From positions 19,544-83,543 of the forward strand of contig CBDCIS010000009.1 of NCBI GenBank assembly GCA_965217565.1: a stretch of 64,000 bases of DNA, in the 5' to 3' direction. Made by a program: the position numbers and the translations under genes. Source of the DNA: Dehalococcoidia bacterium. Lineage in GTDB: Bacteria; Chloroflexota; Dehalococcoidia; Lucifugimonadales; CATOSD01. Of the stretch, positions 18,764 to 28,275 are shown one piece after another (within the stretch, counting starts at the first letter, position 1; every line of letters starts with the position of its first letter). Under the pieces are notes generated by a model. The model saw only the letters and a program-made list of their open reading frames with translations, was not told where the DNA came from and searched no databases.

Positions 18764-19918
18764 CTAGACTTTCTCTCCAGTTTGAAGGCCCGCAAGTTGG
18801 CGGATCGCGTTGGCTGCCATCTCGAAGTAATGTGCGTCCTTCTCGATACCGATAGACTCATAGCCCACGGCTTCAGCGGCGGCCAACGTCGAACCCGCGC
18901 CAGCAAACGGATCGACAACCACGCCCTGCCCAAGCGGAAGTACGCCTCTGACGATATGCCGTAGGAACGCCTGCGGCTTCAGGCTCGGGTGAGGGGCGAT
19001 CCGCCTCTCCCGCTTGCGAGTCGGGGCGGACCTGATGACATCGCCAAATGGCCCGCCAGTCGAGGGCCGTCGGAATCCGCCGGTCTTCCATGTCCTGAGG
19101 TTGTCCTGCACTCGCGCCTCGATCGGTCGTCGGAACGTCCCCCACGGCTCCCACATCGACCGTGGCATGACGCTGACATCCGCGAACTCTTCATGGGCAG
19201 ACTTTGGCCGGTCGCCGCCCCGCATGGTCATCACGAGCCGTACTATTTCCCCTCGCTTTTCCAGCCTGGCATCTGTCAACGCGGTGGAGACGATATGGGA
19301 GAGCAGCGGATTGGACGCTACGATTACGTTGGCGCCGGGCACGAGCTTGGGCAACAGAAGGCATCCCCAGACATAGAAGAACTCCCGCAGATGCGCCCGC
19401 TGCGAGTCGGTCATCGTCGTGAAGCGTGGCACCGGGGAACGCCGGCGGCCGTCAAACGACGGCGGGAGCCTCCACACACCTCCCCTGCCGTTCCGCAGCT
19501 TTGACTGCTCCTGTGGAGAGTACTCGTAAAGGCCGAAAGGAGGGTCGGTTACAATCGCGTGGATAGTGCAATCCGGTTGCGCATCCAGCCAATCAAAACA
19601 GTCTCCATGTATAAGCGTAGCCTTCCCATACCGGAAGGGCGCCTTCCGGTCAGCCGCTTGAGTAAGCTCACCCTGCACGCCATCGTTTCCGTTCACGCCC
19701 CGATTGATGCGGTAAACGCCCCATGCCTCTCTGGTGAAGAGGTTTGGCGTATTCAGGCGCAAATAGGAACGAACCGAGGACTCGGGCGTAGGGCCGTTGA
19801 CCTTCGACACCCGCTCCGCAATCTGCTTTGTCGTCAGACCCTCTGAGGTGTGAGTCAACGCTTGCAGTATGGCGTCACGAACCCGGCCTGGCGCATATCG
19901 TGCAGTTTCTTCTGGCAT
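18764..19918 (-). CDS. DNA methyltransferase (N6-adenine or N4-cytosine, beta class) with N-terminal wHTH
   Basis: Motif IV TDPPFGL precedes motif I VVDPFAGAGSTL. Likely start is ATG 19918 (MPEETARY); the longer ORF to 20056 overlaps the Uma2 gene. Confidence 0.8.
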   Translation of the reverse strand: MPEETARYAPGRVRDAILQALTHTSEGLTTKQIAERVSKVNGPTPESSVRSYLRLNTPNLFTREAWGVYRINRGVNGNDGVQGELTQAADRKAPFRYGKATLIHGDCFDWLDAQPDCTIHAIVTDPPFGLYEYSPQEQSKLRNGRGGVWRLPPSFDGRRRSPVPRFTTMTDSQRAHLREFFYVWGCLLLPKLVPGANVIVASNPLLSHIVSTALTDARLEKRGEIVRLVMTMRGGDRPKSAHEEFADVSVMPRSMWEPWGTFRRPIEARVQDNLRTWKTGGFRRPSTGGPFGDVIRSAPTRKRERRIAPHPSLKPQAFLRHIVRGVLPLGQGVVVDPFAGAGSTLAAAEAVGYESIGIEKDAHYFEMAANAIRQLAGLQTGEKV

Positions 19919-20039
19919 GGAGTGATGATGGACGTCCAGACGTCTTGAGTCAAGGACTGGTTCATGCGGGACAAACCCACTTCGAAGCTGTTTGAATACT
20001 GCTATAATGGCGCAAATCATCTGTCTCCAACCGGAGGTG

Positions 20040-20603
20040 ATGCCAGTGACAACCACAAAGACGAAACTTCTAACTGCCGCAGACCTGCTGCGGCTGTACA
20101 GCGAAGGCGTTCGCGGCGAATTGATCCGGGGGGTGCTTTGCGAGACAATGCCGACAGGAGGAAAACACGGCGAAATCGTAATGAATTTGGGCTATGAGAT
20201 CAAGAATTTCGTCAAGCCAGGGCGATTGGGACGGCTGGCCGGTTCTGATGCCGGCGTTCTGCTCGAACGAGACCCTGACACCGTCCGGGAGCCGGACATT
20301 GTGTACTTTTCGGCAGAAAAGCTCCCTCTGGACGTGGAGGTTTCGGGACACTACGAGGTGATTCCCGACCTCGTGGTCGAAATCAGGTCCCCCGGCGACA
20401 GCCGGCAAGCGGTCAACGACAAGGCGCTCATGTGGCTGAGCTACGGCGTCCGGCTGGTGTGGGTGGTGCATCCCGAGGGCCGCGCCGTGGACGTGCACCC
20501 CAGAGATGGCAGGGTGACGAGGCTCGCCGAGGGCGACACGCTTGACGGAGGCGACTTGCTGCCCGGCTTATCCTGCGAGGTCAAGGACATTTTCGACGCA
20601 TAG
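20040..20603 (+). CDS. Uma2-family (DUF820) endonuclease-like protein
   Basis: GGKHGEIV...EPDIVYF...PDLVVEIRSPGD motifs; GGAGGTG precedes ATG 20040. Confidence 0.75.
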   Translation: MPVTTTKTKLLTAADLLRLYSEGVRGELIRGVLCETMPTGGKHGEIVMNLGYEIKNFVKPGRLGRLAGSDAGVLLERDPDTVREPDIVYFSAEKLPLDVEVSGHYEVIPDLVVEIRSPGDSRQAVNDKALMWLSYGVRLVWVVHPEGRAVDVHPRDGRVTRLAEGDTLDGGDLLPGLSCEVKDIFDA

Positions 20604-20695
20604 CGATTCTGGCGTGAGCTGCGCTGAGGCTGCTCGCGCTCCAATCCTCATCCCAATTGAACACACCTGCCCCAAGCACCTAAAGGACGGAAGGC

Positions 20696-22039
20696 GTGAC
20701 ACTCTTCGAGCACCAGGCGCGGCGCGAGCTTTCCCACAGCGCGCCGCTCGCCGCCAGGATGCGCCCCCGCACGTTCGACGAGTTCGCGGGGCAGCAGCAC
20801 ATAGTGGGCCCCGGCACCGTGCTGCGCAGGAGTATCGAATCCGACCAGTTACCCTCCATCATCCTGTGGGGGCCGCCCGGCACCGGCAAGACCACGCTGG
20901 CGAACCTCATCGCCAACCATACGAAGAGTCACTTCGAGCAGGTTAGCGGCGTCGCGTCCGGCGTGGCCGATCTTAGGCGCGTCGCGTCGGAGGCGCGGGA
21001 ACGGCTGGGCGCGCAGGGGCAGCGCACCGTGCTCTTCGTGGACGAGATTCACCGCTTCAACAAGGCTCAGCAGGACGTGATACTGCCCTATGTCGAGGAC
21101 GGCACTTTCGCGCTCGTTGGCGCGACCACGGAGAACCCTTCATTCGAGGTGGTCTCTCCCCTGCTGTCACGTGCCCGCGTCTTCGCCCTCAAGCCGCTGA
21201 CCGACGACGAGGTTGGCAGCATAGTTCGCTCCGCTATGGCCGACAACGAAAACGGGCTTGGCGATCTGAGTCCTCGCCTGGACGACGACGCATCGAAAGC
21301 CCTGGTGAATCTCGCTAATGGCGACGCGAGGGTCGCGCTGAACGCGCTGGAACTGGCCACGTCCGCAATGCAGCCCGGAGAGGATGGCGCTCGTCACATC
21401 ACGCCCGCTATCATCGAGGATGCCATGCAGCAGAGGTCGCTGCGCCACGACAAGGCGGGCGACCTGCACTACGACACCATCTCGGCGTTCATAAAGTCGG
21501 TGCGCGCCTCCGACCCCGACGCGGCGATATATTGGCTGGCGCGAATGCTGGAGGCCGGCGAAGATCCACTGTTCATAGCCCGGCGACTGGTCATCCTGGC
21601 GGCAGAGGACATCGGCATGGCGGCTCCGATGGCGCTGCCCGTGGCTGTCGCGGCGCAGCAAGCCGTCCACTTCATCGGACTGCCGGAGGGACGCATACCC
21701 CTGGCGGAGGCGACGGTCTATCTGGCTACGGCCCCAAAGAGCAACAGGGCGTACATGGCGCTCAACCGCGCGATGGAGGACGTTCAGAAGACTCGCAACG
21801 ATCCCGTGCCCCTGCACCTGCGCAACGCCGTAACCGGCCTGATGAAGGACATGGACTACGGCAAGGGCTACAGGTATGCCCACGACTACAAAGGCCACTT
21901 CACGCCGACGCAGAATCTGCCAGACAGCCTCGAGGGACGCCGCTACTACCGCGCCAGCGACCAGGGCTACGAGAAAGAGGTGGCCGAGCGCATGAAGCGC
22001 TGGTGGGGCGACGCGGAGGGAACAGCAGGCTGTGCTTGA
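20696..22039 (+). CDS. rarA: replication-associated recombination protein A (MgsA/RarA)
   Basis: Walker A GPPGTGKTTLA, FVDEIHRFNK, conserved C-terminal MgsA domain. Confidence 0.9.
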   Translation: MTLFEHQARRELSHSAPLAARMRPRTFDEFAGQQHIVGPGTVLRRSIESDQLPSIILWGPPGTGKTTLANLIANHTKSHFEQVSGVASGVADLRRVASEARERLGAQGQRTVLFVDEIHRFNKAQQDVILPYVEDGTFALVGATTENPSFEVVSPLLSRARVFALKPLTDDEVGSIVRSAMADNENGLGDLSPRLDDDASKALVNLANGDARVALNALELATSAMQPGEDGARHITPAIIEDAMQQRSLRHDKAGDLHYDTISAFIKSVRASDPDAAIYWLARMLEAGEDPLFIARRLVILAAEDIGMAAPMALPVAVAAQQAVHFIGLPEGRIPLAEATVYLATAPKSNRAYMALNRAMEDVQKTRNDPVPLHLRNAVTGLMKDMDYGKGYRYAHDYKGHFTPTQNLPDSLEGRRYYRASDQGYEKEVAERMKRWWGDAEGTAGCA

Positions 22040-22326
22040 CCTACCCCGCGGATGGCTCAGTCGCAATGTTGACCTGACAAGAAAATGGAACGTTTGATTG
22101 CACAGCGCCTCCGATATACTCTGTGCCGTCCAAGGCCCTCATGCAGAGCTTTGGAGTGGAGATAGCCGAGGTTCCTTTCACAAAATTTGTTGAGGCATTT
22201 GGCAGCTTTGGCGTTAGCTTCGATTGGGATGAAAAGGATTGAACAACATGCCAATCAAAGCAGGTTGGCATTTCTCGCGCTTTGCTTTATCATCTATCCT
22301 AATCACTACGTGGAGGATTGTTTGAC

Positions 22327-22737
22327 ATGGCGAAACAGGGCGTGATACCCGATGAACTTACAAGACCCTTCTGGGAGGCGGCCAACGAGGGACGGCTGGT
22401 CATCCAGAACTGCGGCGCGTGCGACCGCCTGCAAAACCCTCCTCTGCCGACCTGCTCCCAGTGCGGCTCAGCGGATAGCCTGGAGTGGAAGCAGATGAGC
22501 GGCCGGGGCAGAATCTACAATTACTGCGTCGTTTATGACTGCCCGATCGGTATGTTGCAGGAGGACCAGCCGTTCAACCTTGCGGTCATCATGCTGGACG
22601 ACGACCCGGGTATCCAGATGTACTCTCACCTCCCCGGCACACCCGTTGACGACGTACCGGTGGGAGAGGCGGTAGAGGTCATTTTCGAGGCGACCGCGAA
22701 CGGCCAGAAGGCGCCGGAGTGGAGGGTGGTCGGATAG
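22327..22737 (+). CDS. Zn-ribbon/OB-fold protein (DUF35 type)
   Basis: CGACDRLQNPPLPTCSQCGS zinc ribbon followed by an OB-like region; GGAGGA upstream of ATG 22327. Confidence 0.7.
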   Translation: MAKQGVIPDELTRPFWEAANEGRLVIQNCGACDRLQNPPLPTCSQCGSADSLEWKQMSGRGRIYNYCVVYDCPIGMLQEDQPFNLAVIMLDDDPGIQMYSHLPGTPVDDVPVGEAVEVIFEATANGQKAPEWRVVG

Positions 22738-22829
22738 CCGAAACAAACGAGTAAGCGGGCCGGAATAGCCCGTTCCGGATTCCAACAAAAATCGCGGTTT
22801 CATAGATTGCAGACAACAGGGAGCGAGCA

Positions 22830-24161
22830 ATGACAACACAATACGCACCGGAATCTATGTACAGATCGACGGAGGGACTCGGAGTTTGGGAACACAGGGG
22901 CAAGGTAGCCGCTGTCGGAATCGGCCACTCCCCCACCACGCGGCGATGGGACGGCCGAGCGGAAACCACCGTTGGCGCGGGCAGCATCCTCTCGATGCGG
23001 AAGGCAATGGATGACGCTGGCGTCTCCCCGGACCAGGTGGACGGCCTGGTCATCGTGCCGGTCACCACAACAGGGGCGCACTGGCCTGAGGACGTCCCGG
23101 TGCCGCTGGACGTGATCAACGCCTACAACCAGACCAACGACCCGCTGGACGGCCTCGGCCAACTCAGCGCGGAGTGGCTGCTCAAGAACATGCCTGAGCT
23201 CACCAACGTAAAGTACATGGTACACGCGCCGGGCTGCATGTCGGCGGCTATCGTCGTCGCGGCGCAGGCCATCGGAGACGGCCTCGCCAACACCTGCCTA
23301 GTGGTCAAGGGCTGGCACAACCTGGAAGGTCGCTACAACCACGGCGGCCTGAGCGCGGTGGAGGCCGTCTCCGGGAGTGCCGCCATCGGCCCAGGCCGCA
23401 CGCTGTGGGGGCCGCCCGGTTGCTATGGAACGGCATTGCAGTTCGCCGAGTACTGTCGGAAGTACGGCAAGCATCACGACATGATGGCGCCGTTTATGCA
23501 GAACTCGCGCCGCAACGGATTGATGTTCCCGGAGGGCTATTGGGCGCAGCACCGCCCCGAAGAGCTGCCGCCGGAGGACTACCTGAATTCCCGCTGGATC
23601 GCCAAGCCCGCCAACCTGTTCGACAACGACATTCCGATAATGTGCTCGGCGGCGTACCTATTCACCACTGCCGAGCGCGCGCAGGACATGAAGCAGAAGC
23701 CGGTTTACATCCTCGGCCACGCCTCCAGCAGGGGCACGCCCCGCAGTCTCACGCCGTCCCTGGAAGAGGTGGAGACGGAGACAGGCAGCACAGGCCGAAA
23801 GATATTCGAGGCCGCCGGGATCACCGCGGACGATCTGTCGTTCGAGAACATGTACGACGGCTTCACGCAATTCCACCAGTTCCACATCGAGGGGCTTGGG
23901 TATCGCGGCATGGGATTCGGCGACGCCCTGGACTTCTACCAGACGGACATCAGCATCGAGGGCCCAAACCCTATTCTGCCCAGCGGAGGCAACATCGGGG
24001 GCGGCCGCAGCCGCTTCTGGATGCACACCGACAGCATCCAGCAGATACAGGGGCGCGCCGGCGCGCGTCAGGTTACGGGCGTGAAGCCGGAGGTGGCCGT
24101 CTCCGGAGGCCCGATGCCCCTCGGCGGCAACTTCACCGTCTGGAGCGCGACCCCCGACTAG
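22830..24161 (+). CDS. thiolase-like (SCP-x type) protein, usual partner of DUF35
   Basis: 443-aa thiolase-fold-like sequence immediately downstream of the DUF35 gene. Confidence 0.65.
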   Translation: MTTQYAPESMYRSTEGLGVWEHRGKVAAVGIGHSPTTRRWDGRAETTVGAGSILSMRKAMDDAGVSPDQVDGLVIVPVTTTGAHWPEDVPVPLDVINAYNQTNDPLDGLGQLSAEWLLKNMPELTNVKYMVHAPGCMSAAIVVAAQAIGDGLANTCLVVKGWHNLEGRYNHGGLSAVEAVSGSAAIGPGRTLWGPPGCYGTALQFAEYCRKYGKHHDMMAPFMQNSRRNGLMFPEGYWAQHRPEELPPEDYLNSRWIAKPANLFDNDIPIMCSAAYLFTTAERAQDMKQKPVYILGHASSRGTPRSLTPSLEEVETETGSTGRKIFEAAGITADDLSFENMYDGFTQFHQFHIEGLGYRGMGFGDALDFYQTDISIEGPNPILPSGGNIGGGRSRFWMHTDSIQQIQGRAGARQVTGVKPEVAVSGGPMPLGGNFTVWSATPD

Positions 24162-24250
24162 GCAGGGCACACCCTGCACCCACAAGAGACGCGGCCGGGG
24201 TAGCGGCAAGCTGGCCGCGCGCCTCCGGCCACGCCCGAACGACGGCGGAG

Positions 24251-24631
24251 ATGCGCCAAGCAACAGGGGGAAGAGGAATCGACTCGTTGATATTGATTAG
24301 CTACGACATCGACGGCACGCTGGAGGTGGGCGATCCGCCCGGCCCGCTGACCATGGACATGGTCAGAAACAGCAAGGCAAAAGGCTTCCTCATCGGGAGC
24401 TGCTCCGACAGACCCCCCAGTTCGCAGAGCGCCATGTGGGATGAGCACAACATTCAGGTGGACTTCGTGTCCGCCAAGCACATGCTCGCAGAGGTCAAGC
24501 TAAAGTTCAAAGCCGATGCCTACATCCACATCGGTGACAGGGAAGACCTGGACAAGCAGATGGCGCTAAAGGCGGGTTTCGACTTCCTCTGGCCGGACGA
24601 GGCGGCGGAGAAGAACTGGTTCGTGGCATAG
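24251..24631 (+). CDS. small HAD-superfamily hydrolase-like protein
   Basis: ISYDIDGTL motif I. Start uncertain (ATG 24251 or TTG 24287). It is only the 3' end of the misleading 408-aa track ORF. Confidence 0.5.
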   Translation: MRQATGGRGIDSLILISYDIDGTLEVGDPPGPLTMDMVRNSKAKGFLIGSCSDRPPSSQSAMWDEHNIQVDFVSAKHMLAEVKLKFKADAYIHIGDREDLDKQMALKAGFDFLWPDEAAEKNWFVA

Positions 24632-24668
24632 GGCGCGTTCTTTCTGCTGGACGGCTCGTAGCATTGGA

Positions 24669-24691
24669 CTATCCCAGCCTATCCGGGATAG
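24669..24691. terminator. hairpin between convergent genes
   Basis: CTATCCC / 9-nt loop / GGGATAG. Confidence 0.3.
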
Positions 24692-24701
24692 TGAAGGGGC
24701 G

Positions 24702-25085
24702 CTAGCGCGGCACGGCGGCGTTTAGGGCCTGGTCGAAGGTCTTGATTCGGCTTACGCCGCGGCGACGGCAGCTTGCCAGGTGGCAGAGGTCTCGGGCGCC
24801 CAGCGCGGGATGCTGCTCGTGGAGTTGCCGCGCCAGGGTGACATCCTCCTCTTCGAGCGGCCACACCTCCACGCCGGCTCTGCTCACCAGCGACATCGCC
24901 GCGTCCAGCGTGGCAAGCCTGCCCACCGGCAGATAGGCGTGCGCCAACTCCTGCAGGACCTCAGCCGACGTGCACAGCGGCGCGCGACTCCGGTTGGACT
25001 CGATGAAGAACTCGCGAGCGGGAGCGCGCAGCGGATGCGGCGCGCCCACCGCGTACATGAAGACGTTGGTATCGACGAAAATCAC
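24702..25085 (-). CDS. vapC: PIN-domain toxin (VapC-like)
   Basis: MIFVDTNVFMY start, 127 aa, 4-nt overlap with the upstream antitoxin gene. Confidence 0.8.
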   Translation of the reverse strand: MIFVDTNVFMYAVGAPHPLRAPAREFFIESNRSRAPLCTSAEVLQELAHAYLPVGRLATLDAAMSLVSRAGVEVWPLEEEDVTLARQLHEQHPALGARDLCHLASCRRRGVSRIKTFDQALNAAVPR

Positions 25086-25357
25086 GTTCCGGCCGCGCCC
25101 CGCCGGCGCGACTCAGCCATCACGCCCAGGTGCTCGTCCCAGCCGGGTTCGCGTTCAGGGCCTGCCAGGGCGTCGCACGCCTGGAAGAACTCCTCGAGTT
25201 GCGCCGGTGACTGGAAGGGGTCGGAACGCTGCCGGTCTTCGAGGCGGTCGCGCGCGGCGGCCCTCAGCCACGCGCTGAACGTCAGTCCTTCTCTGCGCGC
25301 CTGGTGGACGAACCGGTCGCGATCTTCGTCGGGTATTACCAACTGAACCCTGGCCAT
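25082..25357 (-). CDS. vapB: antitoxin (RHH/VapB-like)
   Basis: 91 aa; ...GLTFSAWLRAAARDRL ribbon-helix-helix-like segment; ATGA overlap with vapC. Confidence 0.7.
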   Translation of the reverse strand: MARVQLVIPDEDRDRFVHQARREGLTFSAWLRAAARDRLEDRQRSDPFQSPAQLEEFFQACDALAGPEREPGWDEHLGVMAESRRRGAAGT

Positions 25358-25418
25358 TGGGCCTGTACATCCAATCTATAAGTATGTGTACATATAATAC
25401 ACACATCAGCCAGGCACG

Positions 25419-25859
25419 TCAACCCAACTCTGAAGCGGGTTCCGTTTGCTTTCGGGGTTTGGGCCATAGGGCCGCTATACTCGCCGAGACGATCAATACC
25501 AGCGCCGCGGGGAGAAAGAACACCCCAATGAAACTGATGTCCAACTCTTCAACGAACCAGATTGGGACCGAACAATACCCCAGGCAAAGCACTCCCAAGC
25601 CCCACTGCGCCAGTTTAGCCCACGCAGACCAGATGCCCCGCGACCAAGCCAGCCAGACTGCCAGGCCAGTTAGCGCCACCGGTATCAGCAGCAGCATTAC
25701 TTCTTCCGGTCCCAAGTATCGCATGAAGGGCCCCGGGGAGTGCCCGAATACAACCCTCACAACGCCGCCCGGGAGCGCGGTTCTGGTGGTCACGGAGTAT
25801 CCCAAGGGCCAAAACACCACTCCGAAAAACGCGGCCCAAGCCAGTGCATGAGCTACCAT
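25419..25859 (-). CDS. hypothetical membrane protein
   Basis: Four hydrophobic helices from MVAHALAWAAFFGVVFW; lower GC by eye; start uncertain (the ORF track runs to 26060). Confidence 0.35.
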   Translation of the reverse strand: MVAHALAWAAFFGVVFWPLGYSVTTRTALPGGVVRVVFGHSPGPFMRYLGPEEVMLLLIPVALTGLAVWLAWSRGIWSAWAKLAQWGLGVLCLGYCSVPIWFVEELDISFIGVFFLPAALVLIVSASIAALWPKPRKQTEPASELG

Positions 25860-26254
25860 AGGCGGCAACCGCAAACGTTTCACCTGGAAGACAGTTCCTT
25901 GATGGGGCTCATCCTCACCTTCCCTGAATGCCCTCGAATATGAGTACCCTTTGTCAGTACTCCCAAAGCAAACGGAACCGGTCTGGGGGATTTTGATGGC
26001 TATGGAGGACGCAGACACGCCGCTCATGCAGGTCAGCCCAAGTGTGGATTTAGCTCGCACTCGGATGGTTGGATGTTATCGCTGGGGGCAAAACTCCTGT
26101 GGGTGTCTCATTTTGATTCATTGTGACTCATTCCTACTTGGGGTCTGTGACGCTGTGAGAGGATTTAGAGGATGTTTCTGAGTTGGAATGTAGTAGGGTT
26201 TGCGGTTGTTGGTATAGGAAATGAGACACTCCCTTCTGTGGGTCTTGCACTGTT

Positions 26255-26399
26255 GTCAGAACCAGGATGTTGAGAGCGGCGAGCCCCTGCGGGGGGTTGT
26301 GAGACTTTGTGAATGGGGATACGGTAGCACGCGCGTTCGCATATGTCAAGGGCATGTCTGTCAGAATCAGGATTGCCGAGCGGCGAGCCCCTACGAGGG
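26255..26399. repeat. two copies of a ~40-nt repeat (GTCAGAAyCAGGAT...GAGCGGCGAGCCCCTrCGrGGG)
   Basis: Copies at 26255-26294 and 26360-26399 in a non-coding stretch. Confidence 0.55.
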
Positions 26400-26601
26400 T
26401 TCGGCAATCGAGGGATTTCCAGGATTCCACTGTCGTTGGGAGAGCTTCGATAATCCGCCTATTCTCACAATCTCAGTATCCTGACGGGTACGACGCAGTA
26501 GGAACAGAGAATTGCGATACTCACGGGCCGTCGATTTGGACACAACCAAGTAATACCAATTTGTGGTGATGCCGCCGTGTTCTCGCCTGCCGCCTTTCTG
26601 G

Positions 26602-26621
26602 ATTCCCGCTTTCGCGGGAAT
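26602..26621. repeat. REP-like palindrome, family 2 (ATTCCCGCTTTCGCGGGAAT)
   Basis: 8-bp stem with TTTC loop. The same core occurs at 37061, 37179, 46077 and, as a variant, 49391. Confidence 0.7.
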
Positions 26622-26862
26622 GACGGTAGGGGTTCTTACGACGCATACGCATTTGGATGATTCGTGGCGCAGTCAAGACGAAATGGTATAAGGTCCAGGC
26701 GGACAGATAGTTGGTTGTGCGAAATCTGCCTCCCCAATGACCGGTTCGATCCCTCTCAGATGGGCCTATTTTGACGATAGACAGAACCATCTTCGAGATG
26801 TGGCTGGTCTTGGTAGGCTCACCTAAGCCCGTTACTGGGCGATCATAACCAGGTCCACCTCA

Positions 26863-27729
26863 TTACCCGCGCGGTCTTGCGACAGCTAGAATACGATCCC
26901 TCAATTCAATCAACTCGGGAAATTCGCAGAGCTTTGCTAACCTGAAACAAAGTGATTCCTTCCGCAGACTGCCTTTAGTCTTCAATCTTAGCAATCGTAT
27001 TACCAAGGGAATCAAGATGTGCTTTCCGGAGATCCAACGAATCCGTTCAGGGTAAGATATTCCAATTCGTTGAATCATATCTTCCAAGAGGTTGTAGAAC
27101 TCTTCAGCGTCGACGGAAGTTTGTTCGCTGGCCACCCGGCCAATGTAATACTGTATCGTTGATGCGTCCGGCAAAATCGGGTCGTTTCCAATGTATTGTT
27201 CGATGGACTGAGGAAAGTGGGTTTCGCGGTCATCCAACTCTTGCAGCAAGGCAGCACACGCGGCTAGGGCGACCGAAGCTTCTACAACCTCGGAAACCCA
27301 CTGATCAAGTTTTAATAAGCCCTTGAATTCAGCTATGCTTGAGTTGGGGGACTGCTCTTGCGCGACCGTGCAGATTGCTGTTTCCTCAACCAAGTAACTT
27401 TCAATATCGTAACGTCGTAACCGATAAAAGAATGGGCTATCAGAGTATGGTTTACTGATGAGTTCGTCGAAATCTCCATCTACCACATAGAATTCTGGTT
27501 TTGCCAAGGAACCATCGCCCTGTATGGCCATTCTTGCAAGAACTTTATTCTTCCCCCCAACGCCTAGAACTCGTGTTATTGTCAGGTCCTCTTGAAATAG
27601 GCGTCTAAAGACCTCCGTGTAAAAGTACTCTTTGTCGGCGTCCTCAACAATAATGGTTATATCGTTGTAGGGACCAAAAAAGGTGGGCCTCGCCGAAAGC
27701 CCCCGGTCACTATATCTAAGCATCGGCAT
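26863..27729 (-). CDS. DUF4435-like (Toprim-type, AriB-like) protein
   Basis: 288 aa; N-terminal acidic strand DITIIVEDADKEYFY; 14-nt overlap with the end of the upstream ABC-ATPase gene. Family call is from memory of the motif pattern and gene context. Confidence 0.5.
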   Translation of the reverse strand: MPMLRYSDRGLSARPTFFGPYNDITIIVEDADKEYFYTEVFRRLFQEDLTITRVLGVGGKNKVLARMAIQGDGSLAKPEFYVVDGDFDELISKPYSDSPFFYRLRRYDIESYLVEETAICTVAQEQSPNSSIAEFKGLLKLDQWVSEVVEASVALAACAALLQELDDRETHFPQSIEQYIGNDPILPDASTIQYYIGRVASEQTSVDAEEFYNLLEDMIQRIGISYPERIRWISGKHILIPLVIRLLRLKTKGSLRKESLCFRLAKLCEFPELIELRDRILAVARPRG

Positions 27730-28275
27730 TGACCTTAGCGCTGATGTCTATGATTGCTTCCTGGGCCGCACCAGCTATCTCGGGAGAATGGGTAGCAATA
27801 ATGAACTGTGCGTTCGGGTTGGCCTCTGTGATGCTGTTAACGTAACGGTTTTGCCAAGCGACATGCAGGGACAACTCCGGCTCATCCACAAACACGGCAA
27901 ACTCTTGCTCGGTGTCGAACTGGAAACATAGGAACGTGAACAATACAAGCAGTTGGAGTTCTCCTGAAGACAAGAGGTGGCTACTGATACGCTGGCCATT
28001 GGGGAGGTCAACCATAAGCTCGAACCCACGCACTAGCCTCAGCCGCTTCCTGTTGTCACTGAGAAAGCTGTTGACCGACTCCAAAAACTTGTTGGATCGA
28101 CGGATTACCTTGGACCGATCCGATTCATACTTCTGTATCATCGGGATCAACCGCTCGATACGGGAAGCTATAGAGGATGCATCAAATATCCAATCTAACC
28201 ACTTGCTGGCATTGGGGTCTTCAGCGAAATTCTCCGGAATCGTCTGACCTCCTAACTGGTCGACGACATCTCTAA
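27716..28275 (-). pseudogene. ABC-type ATPase (AriA-like), fragment 4 of 4 (C-terminal)
   Basis: Frame open up to the IS junction. Contains signature LSSGELQ, Walker B FVDEPELSLH, H-loop IATHSPE. Confidence 0.8.

Noticed and set aside
23405-24631. 408-aa track ORF
   Set aside because: It runs out of frame across the thiolase-like gene with an Arg/Gly/Pro-rich GC-artefact composition. Only the last ~125 codons (HAD-like, from about 24251) look real.
26255-26399. Repeat pair, and the tandem MITEs at 37008-37245, as a possible CRISPR array
   Set aside because: There are only two units each. The units are imperfect or have transposon-like terminal inverted repeats. There are no regular spacers and no cas genes.
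26730-26760. GGTTCGATCC, a tRNA T-loop-like string that could mark a tRNA or att site at the island edge
   Set aside because: The flanking bases do not form a T-stem, and no acceptor or anticodon arms could be folded by eye.
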